The notes under the pieces were generated by a model, which was not told the origin of the DNA, did not search any database, and saw only the letters and a program-made list of their open reading frames with translations. Positions 25,961 through 39,544 of a stretch of DNA of 64,000 nucleotides are shown piece by piece (positions within the stretch are counted from its first letter, which is position 1; each line of letters opens with the position of its first letter). The stretch comes from Octopus bimaculoides (taxonomy: Eukaryota), in the NCBI RefSeq assembly GCF_001194135.2, contig NC_068982.1, positions 152,806,164 through 152,870,163 of the forward strand, read 5' to 3'. A program made the translations under genes and the position numbers.

Positions 25961-26879
25961 TTGGTAACTGAAAGAATAGTTTGTTTACTAGACTTGTATC
26001 TCGGATTATTATTGCTTTTTTGGCAAGTCCATTGTTTTCGTGTGTATTGTTTCATGTAATAAAAACACTTTATTCGCTAGATACTTTTCAAACAATAAGC
26101 AGTTATCTATTACTTGTACTTGATAAGAGTGATAGTGATTCTCTAAAAAACATTGAATAAATGATGGGAGATTTAAATACTAAGGGTCATTAATATTTTT
26201 ATTATTGTTTCTTTTGGAGTATTCTGAATTTTATAAATTAATCCCTAAAACATTTGGATAACTTGGACTTTTTCGATACGCTTCGGATGATAGAGACAAC
26301 TGACATTTTATATATTGCTTTCAATTTTGGAGTCCTAGAAATAAATTTATCTCTGCAGTCTTAATTTGTTATTTGATGTAAAGAGGATTTTCAAACAATT
26401 TTGTGAATAAATAAAATGAAGCATTCTAACTTGATATCCAACGATTCTACGGCAAGTGTAGAATAGTTTTCTAAGTTTGGTTTGTGGTAATTTTGTTATT
26501 ATATATATATTCATAAATATATAAGTGTGTACATACATATATGTGCATATATATTTGTAAGTATAGTGGATGTTTGACTATGTATTATATATAAGTATAT
26601 GAATGCATATATATATGTATACACATATGTAGGAAGTTAGTAAGTTACAAGCATTTATGCGACTAGTACACATGACAAAAGGTAGATATTTCAAGCACAA
26701 AGATAAAAGGACCTGAAGATTTAGCTAAGCTGGTTTCATAGTTCTTACATCTCATGTAACTACTATGATTATACTATGAAACGGTCATAGACCGTGCTTT
26801 ACTTGTTCCTGTTCCACTCCTTATTTGGGGAGATTTTCGTGTGTATATATATGTATATATATATATATGTATATATAAA

Positions 26880-29032
26880 AGTTGAAAATGCACTGAGAAT
26901 AGTTAAAATATGTCATTATTGATATATTTAAAACTTTAACCGGTTTCACAGTCTGCACTGGTTTTCCTGAAGTTCAAATAGAAAGGCGTGGCTTATGTCG
27001 CAGCTGTCTTACTTCTGACTAGTCCTTAAACAATGATACCACTACTGTATCTTTCCATGTGGTAAATCTCTATACCGCAATCCCACACCAATATGGTCTA
27101 GAAGCAATAAATTTCGGGCTTGAGATATTCTCTTATGAAATTCCAGACTGAAGGGTTAAAATATATCCTCGAAAACAACTTTTTTGACTTCGATGGCAAT
27201 ATTTACAAACAAATATCCGGGATTGCAATGGTGACAAAAGTTGCTCCGACTTACGCCAATCTAGTCATCGCATATATTGAGGTCCAGATATATGAGCAAT
27301 CTAAATCAATATATGGCTTGAACTTCCATAAATATCTAGTAGAAAACTGGAAACGTTACTTAGATGACTGCCTAATCCTATGGACGCACATTTTTAAGAA
27401 CTTATATAATTCAAAAATTTAATCAACAACATAAACAATACTATCAACTTTACCATGGAATACATTAAAACTCAACTACCGTTCCTGGATATACTAGTCA
27501 TCAAAAGAGATAAAACATTGAAACAGATATTCACTACAAAAAAAAAAACAGATTCTCATCAATACTTATTGTTCTCCTCTGCTATCCCAAACATATGAAG
27601 AATGACATCCTCTTTAATCTAGCAAGAAAAATCTGCACAATTGTCTCAGACCCTGAAACGCGCAATAAAAGACTCCAAGAACTAAAACAAGTACTACTTA
27701 AAAAACAATATCCATTAATGCTAATAGACAATGGAATAGAACTTGCCAGAGTAATTAATATCAAAGTACTACAGAAAACAAAAAGCACTCCAGATACATC
27801 CAATACTCTTTATTACAACACACATCCGAAAAAACACAGGGGTTTGCTATATTATCCACCAGAACATCGCATTACTAAAACAAGACCCAAGAATGAAACA
27901 AGCGTTCAAAATACACAAAACAATCAAAAGTAAACGGCAGTCAAAATCCCTTAAAAAATCGTCACATACGCTATATTATCTTTCACAATTCCTATACCAA
28001 GAGTCAAAAAGTGTGGCCGCCCCAATTACAGACCTGCATGAACCTTATTGAAGACGTAACATACAAATTCAAATCAGGACAGATCTTTACCGTAAAAAAA
28101 TCACTTTACATGTTTTTCAAAGAATCTAATATACACTATGAAATGTCAAGGATGTAATAAAACTTACTCTAAGAAATAGACTGACTATTCACCGACAACA
28201 AATACGAGAGCCCAGTACTAGATAGATTCCACTGAGGGGACTCATAGACATATGTGCAAAAAGCTAAGTCCCCCAAACTCCAGGTCTTCCTACTCTATCT
28301 ATGTTCAGCGAATGCCACAGATGAAGCACAGATGAAGAAAGAAAATATTTTCATAAAAAGTACAAACCAAGGCATACCAAAGTTTAACAGAGTATATACA
28401 CAAATAACTATTTACACTCAAAGTTCATTTTGCCACATATCATGAGAAAGCTACACAGTTGACAATCTAAGTTTTAGCCACTGGACTACATAAAAACAAC
28501 TCCTGTCCACTCTCCCATCAAACAGATTAAATTTGGAGTGCCTTGATTATAACTAAACATGTTCACTCAATCGTGTCGGCCTTCTTTTTAGAACTAAAAC
28601 ATATTTTCATGTGACATTAACACACGAACGTAGTGGGAAACGTGCAAAAAGTTATAAACTTAATCATGCGTTCATTTTCTGCAATCATCTGACAGAAAAC
28701 ATTCAGAGCAGTGATCGTTTGGACATGTTTAGTCCATCGTGTCAGCGTTAACTTACAACGCCAAATATTGTCACTTGATACTAAAACGGACTTAGGGGGA
28801 ACCTACAAAGACTTCAATCAAATCCTATTCAAAACATATACTAATTTGAAACCATGAACTCCCTATAAAAATAGGGGAAGCTTCAAACACTAGTCAGAAG
28901 CAAGGCAGCTGCGGCATAAGCCACGTCTTTCTATTTGAACTTTATGAAAATGAGTGCAAACTGTTAAACCGGTTAAAGCTTTAAATATATCAATAAAGAA
29001 ATATTTTAAATATTCTCCGTGCATTTCCAACT
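26880..29032 (+). mobile_element. 5'-truncated Penelope-like element (RT and GIY-YIG; Neptune-like by inference) between inverted pseudo-LTR arms
   Basis: RT motifs VSFHVVNLYTAIPH, KQISGIAMVTKVAPTYANL, WKRYLDDCLILW and LPFLDILV; thumb region NLARKICTIVSD; KCGRPN linker; TCFSKNLIYTMKCQGCNKTY. Arms 26880-27023 and 28889-29032 are reverse complements at roughly 80% by eye. Confidence 0.85.
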
Positions 29033-29159
29033 TCTATGTTTCTTATATTTCTACCCGTGTGGAACAAAATAACTTTGTTTTTTCTCTCTCTCTTTACTTT
29101 CTCGCTCTCTCTCTCTCTCTATCTCCCTCTCTCTCTCACACTGGACTAACAACCACCGA

Positions 29160-29330
29160 ATTGGACCGCACTATATCGTACCAGAGATCCCGTCTTTACC
29201 AATAAGAAGGAACTTGTACTGTAACCGTTTGTACTTCAAGTCTCCATAACTATTCAACATTCTACCAAAGAGCCACAGAGATTTCCGAGGTGGAAATGGG
29301 GAGGTTTTCAGAGAATTCCAATACTCGGAA
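29160..29330 (+). mobile_element. CR1-like LINE 3' fragment
   Basis: LFNILPKSHRD matches the CR1/L2 C-terminal pattern; short and decayed. Confidence 0.45.
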
Positions 29331-29534
29331 TACATATATACGAACAAATTCATGTGTATATATACATATGTGTGTACACACACACACACCCACACACACA
29401 CACACACATATATATATATTCGCGATATGCTACTTCTGATGAAATCATCGTTGATTTACTTAATGCGTTATTGCTTATTGATTATTGGATCCTATGTAAT
29501 GAGATATGAAAAATATTAATAACCTGTTTCATTT

Positions 29535-29573
<39 letters not shown>

Positions 29574-30043
29574 NNNNNNNNNNNNNNNNNNNNNNNNNNN
29601 NNNNNNNNNNNNNNNNNNNNNNNNNNNNNNNNNNNNNNNNNNNNNNNNNNNNNNNNNNNNNNNNNNNNNNNNNNNNNNNNNNNNNNNNNNNNNNNNNNNN
29701 NNNNNNNNNNNNNNNNNNNNNNNNNNNNNNNNNNNNNNNNNNNNNNNNNNNNNNNNNNNNNNNNNNNNNNNNNNNNNNNNNNNNNNNNNNNNNNNNNNNN
29801 NNNNNNNNNNNNNNNNNNNNNNNNNNNNNNNNNNNNNNNNNNNNNNNNNNNNNNNNNNNNNNNNNNNNNNNNNNNNNNNNNNNNNNNNNNNNNNNNNNAA
29901 TGGAATATATTTTGTAAATTGTAATAGCAGCACCAATGTCTCTATATATGAAAATGAAATCAGGAATCTTTTGCCCGCATTACCTCTCGATCTTTTTCAG
30001 CCGTGTTAGTAGTTGAGTGCTGATACTTCCAAGTGCACTAATT

Positions 30044-30098
30044 CTTCTTCTTCTTCTTCTTCTTCTTCTTCTTCTTCTTCTTCTTCTTCTTCTTCTTC

Positions 30099-30165
<67 letters not shown>

Positions 30166-30177
30166 CAGTAGTAGCAG
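30044..30177. repeat. (TTC)n(TAG)n compound microsatellite
   Basis: Directly visible. Confidence 0.95.
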
Positions 30178-31955
30178 TTTATTGAGTTCGTACATTTTGG
30201 TTCATGATTCTGGCAGCTTCCATGTTGTTAGCTATACTTAGTGTAACCGAGTTTAGCTGAATATATGTTGAATACCTTGTGGTAATCGTGCTACAGATGA
30301 AATCTCTTCGTTACGATGTAAAATAATGTTTTGGTAATGTTAGTTTTAACTAGCAACGAGCATGGGGGATTAAACCACATTATATTACATTTCCTACTCC
30401 TCGACCTTTACTTTTTTTTTGTTATATCCCCTGGATGGTTAACTGTAATATTGTCGATGCTTGTATTATCATTCTTAGTATTCCTGTGATCTATGTTTAC
30501 ATTGATATAATTTATAACCGTCAAATATTCAATTTTTGAGTTGGAAATCACTTTCCTATGCAGGTGGTATTGTCATTGGTATTGTGATTTTTTTCCATTA
30601 TTGTTAATACTTCCTAAGACAGTTATGAGAATTGCTTTCTCTTTATTCTTTGCTTATTTTGTTTGTGTCCCTTCTGTGATTCTTCTTATCTTGCTTTTAT
30701 GCATTATTCCTTTTATCGTGGATATCTTTGTTGATAAGGATTTTCAAATTAATGTTTTCTATGTATTTGATTTGTTCGTTTCAGCCGCTTCCACGTAAGG
30801 CTTCATCGTAATACCAAGCGTATTTAGTGAAGTTTTCCTTATTAGCTGACAAACTGGATAATCTGATTGACATGTCTTCGATTATTACATTGACCATTGG
30901 TCTTCGATGTAAAGTTAATTTATGCAGTTGAGATTTTCGTTACTTACATGATATGGGAGCGAAGTCTGGTCTTTAAGACGTGTATATTTTTAGAAATTCA
31001 ATCTCTACTTTGTTATTTTAAAATTCGATAGAATAATTAAACTTTTAAAACAATTAATCAGTGACTTTATGCATATTTTATGTGTTATTACGACGTTAGC
31101 AGCTGACACGTTCATTGCTGCTAGCAGAGAGTCAACTTTATATAGAACTGTACCGAATTCTGAAAAACATACATTTCATTAAGGATGAATAACAAGTTCT
31201 CTGACCTGCAACGACTACGAAGAGCCCATATTGATATCGAAGTTATTATTGCAAGAATTTCTGGTCCAACAATCATCTTCAAACAAAATTTCAGAGTTGC
31301 GACTAGCTAGGATAATATTATCTCATTGTTGGTTATATTTGTCATTTTCTACTAAATGTTAATGCCTTGTTCAGTGGGACAGGGGAAATAGAAGAATAGC
31401 ATTCTACAATATGAAAGTGAAAAAAAAGGCGGTATTTGTCGTATTATTCAAAATAATGTACCAACGGATTACTTCATATGTATTGTTCCACATGGTTTCC
31501 TTAAGACGTTTTTTGACATTAGGAATATTTCTCTTTATAATTTTCTTGCTAATCCGCCGAAATCATATGTGGTAAAGCTCATAATCCCGATGGATGGGTT
31601 AATGCTAAAATTAGTTTTGTGGTCTTTTAAGTTAAATTTATGAGTTTCCGATACGAATTATTCAGTTCGTTTTGCAAAGTTCAATTTGTTAATCAATTTT
31701 TATGCCTTGTCACTTATGCATTTTGAGGTATTAGTATTGCTTTATCAATGTCATATACTTAATGCATGTGTGACATACCACCGCCTAAAAGCGTTTACTA
31801 ACACACGTACAGTAGGTATGCGACATTGATAATATTTACATTATAAAGATGCTCTTAAAATTTAAACTTAGACGCATGCGCGCGCACACATACACACACA
31901 CAAATATAGGGAGAGACAAGGAGAGATAAGTAAACAGAGAGCTAATAGATAAATA

Positions 31956-33254
31956 TCAGGTCATCCCATAAGTTCTGACCGAATTTTGAATAAAGAAAAC
32001 AAGTGATCAAATGTTATATTTAATTGAAATTTAATCATCAATGTACTTTCCCTGATTATCTATGACTTCCTTCCATCTATTTACAAGCTTTTGAATCCCA
32101 TCAGTGTAAAACTCTCTTGGTTTCAAAGCGAAGAACTCTGAAATGTCAGTTTCGTCCACTTCCTGTCTTGCGAAAGTTATGTCCCCCAAATGATTCTGTA
32201 AACTACAAAACAAATGGTAGTTTGAAAGAGCACGGTCGGGAGAATAAGGTGGATGAGGAATGTTTTCCCAACCAAGCTCTTCGATCTTCTGTGATGTGAT
32301 CTTTGCAGTGTGGGGTCGCGCATTTTCCTGATGAAACATCACTCCTTTTCGATTCACTAAAGCGGTTTTTTTCTTCAAAGCTTGGTTCAAACACTCTAAT
32401 TGCTGACAGTAGACTTGAGCATTGATTGTTGCATTAGGTGGTAACAATTGAAATTGAATTACTCCTTTACAATCCCACCAGATAGAGAGAAGAACCTTTT
32501 TCCCATGAAGTTCCCATCTCGGTTGTGGTTGAACTTTTTCCCCTTTTACCAAGCCACTATTTACGACGTTTTATATTTCGATAGAAGATCCATGTTTCGT
32601 CACCAGTCACAAGTCTACCCAAAAAGGGTGAAATGAGTTCGCAAGAATGAATAGAAGAGCAGATGTCAACTCGGGATTTGCGGTTGCTTTCGGACAATTC
32701 ATGAGGCACCCATTTTCCCAGTTTAGGAACCTTTCCAAGTTGTTGAAGATAACGATGAACAGCTGTATGGTTTGAACTAAGCTTTATAGCCAATTCTTCA
32801 ACTGATAATGCAGGATTTTCTTCAAGTAATGCCTCAAGAAGCATAGTATCAAACTCAACTGGACGGCCTGTTTGATCTTCATCTTCAAGGCTGAAATCTC
32901 CACTTCTGAATTTTGCAAACCATCTTCTGCAAGCCATCTTCTGCAAGTTCTTTCATTCAAGCATTCTTTCCCATAACCTGAGTGTAAGATTCGAGTCGCT
33001 TTGGCTGCAGAGTTACTTTTTTGTACTCATAAAGCAGTTTGTGCCTCAAATGCTCTTTGTATACTGCCATGTTAGAAAGGGTTTTAATCAAAGACATTTG
33101 AAATCCGTTATTCTGTAAAGTAATATTTAATTAGTTTAAATGCACACAAATGCATAAAAATAATTGTTAATTCAATTAGACATTCTAAAATAATATTACA
33201 TTTCATTCAATTTAAAAAAAGGTAAAATCGAACAGAACTTATGGGATGACCTGA
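31956..33254 (-). mobile_element. Full-length mariner transposon, 1299 bp
   Basis: Perfect 22-bp TIR TCAGGTCATCCCATAAGTTCTG at both ends; TA duplication at 31954-31955 and 33255-33256; inserted next to a (GATA)n tract. Confidence 0.95.
32031..33070 (-). pseudogene. Mariner (DD34D-type) transposase pseudogene
   Basis: MAVYKEHLRH...ERTCRRW, WVPHELS, LVTGDETW, HQENARPH, YSPDRALSNYHLF. A 14-bp duplication causes a frameshift near 32930, a stop plus frameshift occurs near 32555, and the second and third catalytic Asp read E and N. Confidence 0.92.
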
Positions 33255-33285
33255 TAGATAGATGCATAAATAGATAGATGGGTAA

Positions 33286-33338
<53 letters not shown>

Positions 33339-34849
33339 ACTATTGATTCGTTGATTATGGTAGCACCTACATTAGCATTTCCTTTACCTGCAAAGTTCGA
33401 GTGTGTGTATTTTATACTAGGACGAATGTTGTTTCAAATTGTTCAGAGAAACAAAAAACTTCCATTGCCGAGTGTTGTGAAATAAACGTTGAACAACATA
33501 ATACTTAAATACTTCCAAGACTAATACACTGAAAAGGAGCAATGCAACATCTTATTCATCAGTACAACTGCATTTGCATTATGCAGACTATCCTCTGTAT
33601 CAATGATCTTACGATACACAATGCTGGCTGAAGAACACTTTTAAAATTATTGTTGAGACAAGTTTGCAAAGGTAAAAGTTGTAATAGTAAAAGAAATTAT
33701 CTTCTAAATTCAGAATTAAATGTCTGAATATTTGTTCATAGAAAGTTTTCAACGTAAGTTAGGAAGCAATAATAATTCAGAAACAAATAATGTTTTGTCT
33801 CTACTAAAAAGCATTCAATTGTTAGCCATGCTAATGATATTACAATTACTTGAGATTATTGGTCGCTCTATATTCATAGATGACAAGTAGAAGCAATCTA
33901 TCCTCCAGTAGAAAATTTTCTTTATTTCAGAATAATGTTGTTTAATGGAATGATTCTGTGGTACTTGTCATATTGAATAGAAGGAACTTGCTGATGAATA
34001 ATTAGTAGAATATTTTGTCTTTTTCGAAGAATTATAAGCTGTTATATTGGATCAGTTTCATAGAATTGCCAGCAGGATAAAAAAAAACATATTCCTTACA
34101 AAAATGAAGAAAATATGATTCATAATAGAAACTAGAATATTTCTGAATGCGACTCTTCTAGCAATAATAATAATATATTTATTATTTTAATGAAAAACCC
34201 GAACAAAATTTATAGTTTTCAGAGATAACGTGCTTGACTCTTTAGCCGTTCTAATAACTTAGTGAAGTTTCTTTGAAAAAGGTTAATTACCTTGAAAGTA
34301 GATATCCAAAATTTATATATAGAAGAGCTGTCAAAACTTAATGACAATAAAAAAATTATAAATCTTATATGCTATCAACAATCAACTAAAACATCCCACC
34401 ACATCATGAAAGGTTAGTAACTTGAAATGAGCAAATGTATTAAAATTTCGAGAATTGTGGACAGAAAGCACGAAGAGCGAAAGCGAAATAGTGTTTGAAT
34501 TAGCATGCTCAGCAAGAAGCACAGTGTTCAAAATATGCGGATCAATCTGACTAATGGTCCTAAAATACAGTAATTAGAGTAATTGAATAAAGCATGTTGA
34601 TATATGGGTCTGAATACAAGGTAGCTTCTAATACCCAGGAACAAGTACAGGACATTTGATCCAGTTTCTATTACGTATCCTGGGTTGAGCCAAAGTTATG
34701 ATTGAAGGAAAATGCCTAAAAGTTGCTGCGCGGTGGTGTGGAACTCGAAACCACATTCATTGCAAAACAAGCTACTTCATAATCAGTCTTGCATGAATAA
34801 ACACACAGAAATACACACACTTGTGTATGTGTATGTGCGAAGAATATAG

Positions 34850-35175
34850 GTTTAAAATTTTGGCGCAAGATCAGAATATTCGGGGAAGGGGATTGTAAGT
34901 GGTTTACATCAACCCAGTGTTCAACTAATACTTCTTTTGTAGACCTCGAAAGGATAAAAGCAAAGTCGATCTTCACGGAATTTGAACTTAGAACGTATAT
35001 CTTCACGGAATTTGAACTTTGAACGTATATCTTCACGGAATGGTTTCACATTTGAGCACAAGATCAGCAATTTCGGGGGAGGGGCTAAGTTGATTACATC
35101 AATCCTAGTGCTCAACTGGTACTTATTTAATCAACCTTGAAAACATGAAAAGCAAATTAGACCTTGGCGAAAAAA
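34850..35175 (-). mobile_element. Two-unit SINE with an internal 30-bp tandem repeat
   Basis: Reverse SINE body occurs twice; unit ATCTTCACGGAATTTGAACTT(A/T)GAACGTAT repeated about 2.4 times at 34969-35040. Confidence 0.65.
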
Positions 35176-35281
35176 TGCACGAAGAATAGAGAGCGTCTGC
35201 GAAAAGGGCAGTGGTAATGCTCGAAATAATAATATGAGAGAAAATTTTATGATATGTGGAGCTCTAATTTAAATTGATATA

Positions 35282-35674
35282 TTGGATCATCTCATAAATA
35301 ATGAAGTTTTTTTATACTTCATTTATTTATCGAAATTAAGATGAACAAAGTTCTTTTTTAATCTAAAATATACTCTCTTCATTTTCTACAATGATCTTCT
35401 ATATATCTAGTAGACTTTCAAGGCCCCTCTTCCAAAATTCACTTGTCTGTGACGAAAAATACTCCTCCCGTCCAAATGATTTTGAAGACTGCGGAATAAA
35501 TGATAATCAGATGGGACAACGTCCGTTTCCCATTCATATCGCTTCAGCCTTTGGAATGTCATCCTCACTGTATGTGGCCGAGCATTATCCTGATAGAAGA
35601 ACACCTTTCAATAATATTTACTTTATTTTACAGGAATATCAATTCAACACCAACATATTACTAGGACTTTGTTT
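35282..35674 (-). mobile_element. Mariner 3' fragment, same family as 54799-56055
   Basis: TA followed by TIR-like TTGGATCATCTCATAAATAATG; minus ORF FYQDNARPHT...PSDYHLFRSLQNHLDG. Confidence 0.85.
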
Positions 35675-35676
35675 TA

Positions 35677-36562
35677 GGAGGTCTGATCAATACATACTCG
35701 GACTGTTGCCATAGTAACGAAGCTAAAGCACGCAGAGTGAAGTTACTCAAATTGACATTGAAAGCTGCTGTGGATGCGCACTAAATTTTAATGTTCTAGC
35801 TCACTTCCGCTGTTTGCAGCAGTGCTTGGAAGGAAGGTGTGTAGCATATGATCATCGCATTGACCATGACGGAGAAAGTTGCCATGGTGGTACCTGCTCA
35901 GACGCCTACAAAAAGTCGTAGAATATGTATGGAGAGGAGTGTATGAGCTGCACACGAGTGTACGAGTGTTTCAGATATTTCAGGATGGCCGAAAAAATGT
36001 CGATATTGACGAACATTCTGGGAGACCCGCAACCAGCAAAACTGAAAACTTCACAGCAGTGCGTGCAGCTCTCAGGGGAAATCGTCGAATCACCATGGGT
36101 AAACTATCAGAAGATGTGCAGATTAGTAACGCTTCAGTACAGTCCATTATCCCTGAAGATTTGGGTATGAGACGTGTACCTGCCAGGTTTGTGCCAAAAC
36201 TGCTTTCAGATGACCAAAAAGATACTCGGGTTTCAGTGGCACAAGATCTCTTTGACTGTTTCGAGAACGATGAAAAGTTTTGAAAATTTGCGTAGGTTTC
36301 TGAGCAGGTATCGCCAAGCTTTTGACAAAATTTGATGCAGATTCTCTACTCAAATTTCTCTGTCATGTTCAGTGCGAAACATCACACGTTACACATCTTC
36401 CTTTCAAACACTGCTGTAAACAGTAGAAGTGTGCTAGAAAACGTTAAAACTTAATGCGTATGCACAACAGAGTTCAAGATCAATTTGTCCTAGTGGCTTC
36501 ACTCTGCATGCTTTAGCTTCGTTACTATGGTGACAATCCGGATACTTATTGATCAGACCACG
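35677..36562 (+). mobile_element. Internally deleted mariner-family element with long TIRs (about 200 bp)
   Basis: Ends share GGTCTGATCAATA...CATAGTAACGAAGCTAAAGCA(C/T)GCAGAGTGAAG in inverted orientation; TA flanks at 35675-35676 and 36563-36564; internal HTH fragment FQDGRKNVDIDEHSGRPATS...RFVPKLLSDDQK. Confidence 0.88.
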
Positions 36563-37131
36563 TATAATATCACAGACGAATAAGTCGAAAAATTCTGCCT
36601 AACAGTACTATTACTAAACATGTAACATAGCTCTTATTATATATCACAGCCCTAACTTTTCTGCTAATCTGTCGCTCACAATATATAACAAAGATAATTA
36701 TGTGGTACAATGTTCTCGTCCCATTTGCAAGAAATAACTGCTATACCTCTATTAAAAGACAACCCACATTCTTAAAATTTGAAAGATATATTGGCCAAAG
36801 GGGTTCTAGATAAGGAAGAAAAAAAAACGAAAGGATATGACTGAAATGCTTTTGAACCTAGGAATGTACAACCAGGTTTGTCATTCGACAAAACCGCGGT
36901 CCGATGTTCTAGCTTTGCTCATGGGGCAGTTATCTATCTATCCTGTTATTATATATATATAGATGTGTTTTTCAGGCAGCTATAAGAGGTTTAACTCTTA
37001 TTTCTAGCAATAACTGTGCTTTAAAACACCCACAGTCAAAATTAGTGACGACTAAATTTTTCTTGTATGGCTTTGTATTGAGGCAAATTGCTTACATTAA
37101 TTTTTGTCATCTATCAATCTATCTGTCTATT

Positions 37132-37186
<55 letters not shown>

Positions 37187-37384
37187 NNNNNNNNNNNNNN
37201 NNNNNNNNNNNNNNNNNNNNNNNNNNNNNNNNNNNNNNNNNNNNNNNNNNNNNNNNNNNNNNNNNNNNNNNNNNNNNNNNNNNNNNNNNNNNNNNNNNNN
37301 NNNNNNNNNNNNNNNNNNNNNNNNNNNNNNNNNNNNNNNNNNNNNNNNNNNNNNNNNNNNNNNNNNNNATATTATTTATATGAA

Positions 37385-37766
37385 TAGATGGTTGGCACTC
37401 CGTCGGTTACGACGACGAGGGTTCCAGTTGATCCGAAACAGCCTGCTCGTGAAATTAACGTGCAAGTGCCTGAGCACTCCACAGACATGTGTAGCCTTAA
37501 CGTAGCTCTTGGGGATATTCAGCGTGACACAGAGTGTAACAAGGCTGGCCCTTTGAAATACAGGTACAACAGAAATAGGAAGAAAGAGTGAGAGAAAGTT
37601 GTGGTGATAGACTACAGCAGGGTTCACCTTCATCCCCTGTCGGAACCTCGAGGAACTTTAGGTGGTTTCGCTCAATAAACACTCACAATGCCCGGTCTGG
37701 GAATCGAAGCCGCGATCCTACAGCCACGAGTCCGCTGCTCTAACCACTGGGCCATTGCGCCTCCAC
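37385..37766 (-). mobile_element. Near full-length tRNA-derived SINE (third family)
   Basis: Reverse-complement head GTGGAGGCGCAATGGCCCAGTGGTTAGAGCAGCGGACTC...GCTTCGATTCCCAGACC with A and B boxes, followed by a long body. Confidence 0.8.
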
Positions 37767-38278
37767 ATATGAATAGAACACAATTTCTAAATTTCAATGT
37801 CAGAACGGTCAAAATCTGTTTGTTTCCGTTTCATTAATAGAAGGTATTCATCAATTCATTACCAGCGTGAGGTTTCGCCATAATATTACTTTAATAAAAT
37901 TCAGTCTAAGTTTTAAAGATAATATTTCGTTCTCTAACATTGAGCAACGTCTCCAAAAATTGTTCACCTCAGAATCAAAGAAATTGAATTATACAAAATG
38001 TTTCAAAAAATATACAATATTAAAATGTTGAATTAAGATCGTAAAATTGATTTCAAGTTTAAAGAGAAAGTTGTTCCTTAAAGCATTATGGCAGTGAAAA
38101 AACATAGGGCTAGAGATAGTAAAACTAGAGATAAAATGTAACTGTCAAAAATATTTATGAAAACAAGAGGTTAATACATACATATACGCATACACGCATA
38201 TATCATATAGAAATGTACGTTATATATATTTGGTACAAATATATATATGTTTATAGGTATATGCATTATATATATATA

Positions 38279-38329
<51 letters not shown>

Positions 38330-39277
38330 NNNNNNNNNNNNNNNNNNNNNNNNNNNNNNNNNNNNNNNNNNNNNNNNNNNNNNNNNNNNNNNNNNNNNNN
38401 NNNNNNNNNNNNNNNNNNNNNNNNNNNNNNNNNNNNNNNNNNNNNNNNNNNNNNNNNNNNNNNNNNNNNNNNNNNNNNNNNNNNNNNNNNNNNNNNNNNN
38501 NNNNNNNNNNNNNNNNNNNNNNNNNNNNNNNNNNNNNNNNNNNNNNNNNNNNNNNNNNNNNNNNNNNNNNNNNNNNNNNNNNNNNNNNNNNNNNNNNNNN
38601 NNNNNNNNNNNNNNNNNNNNNNNNNNNNNNNNNNNNNNNNNNNNNNNNNNNNNNNNNNNNNNNNNNNNNNNNNNNNNNNNNNNNNNNNNNNNNNNNNNNN
38701 NNNNNNNNNNNNNNNNNNNNNNNNNNNNNNNNNNNNNNNNNNNNNNNNNNNNNNNNNNNNNNNNNNNNNNNNNNNNNNNNNNNNNNNNNNNNNNNNNNNN
38801 NNNNNNNNNNNNNNNNNNNNNNNNNNNNNNNNNNNNNNNNNNNNNNNNNNNNNNNNNNNNNNNNNNNNNNNNNNNNNNNNNNNNNNNNNNNNNNNNNNNN
38901 NNNNNNNNNNNNNNNNNNNNNNNNNNNNNNNNNNNNNNNNNNNNNNNNNNNNNNNNNNNNNNNNNNNNNNNNNNNNNNNNNNNNNNNNNNNNNNNNNNNN
39001 NNNNNNNNNNNNNNNNNNNNNNNNNNNNNNNNNNNNNNNNNNNNNNNNNNNNNNNNNNNNNNNNNNNNNNNNNNNNNNNNNNNNNNNNNNNNNNNNNNNN
39101 NNNNNNNNNNNNNNNNNNNNNNNNNNNNNNNNNNNNNNNNNNNNNNNNNNNNNNNNNNNNNNNNNNNNNNNNNNNNNNNNNNNNNNNNNNNNNNNNNNNN
39201 NNNNNNNNNNNNNNNNNNNNNNNNNNNNNNNNNNNNNNNNNNNNNNNNNNNNNNNNNNNNNNNNNNNNNNNNNNNNN

Positions 39278-39314
<37 letters not shown>

Positions 39315-39544
39315 CGTAAAACAGAATGTTTGCAGTAAAAAGGCCGAAAAGTATCCGACGTTCTCGGTGGCCTATGCTAGGATTAATTTCATCTCTCTCT
39401 GATGGTTAGTGTGTTTTGTTTGTACACAGCGTATCCATAAGAGGAGACATTTCTGAAAAGATATGCCGTCAGTTTATATATATTTACCATATGAATTTAT
39501 GGTTAATTCTGCAAAATGCTAATGTGAAAATTATATCTGTTATC

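Noticed and set aside
37690-37766. tRNA gene (also at other A-box/B-box hits)
   Set aside because: No complete cloverleaf; the heads run into SINE bodies.
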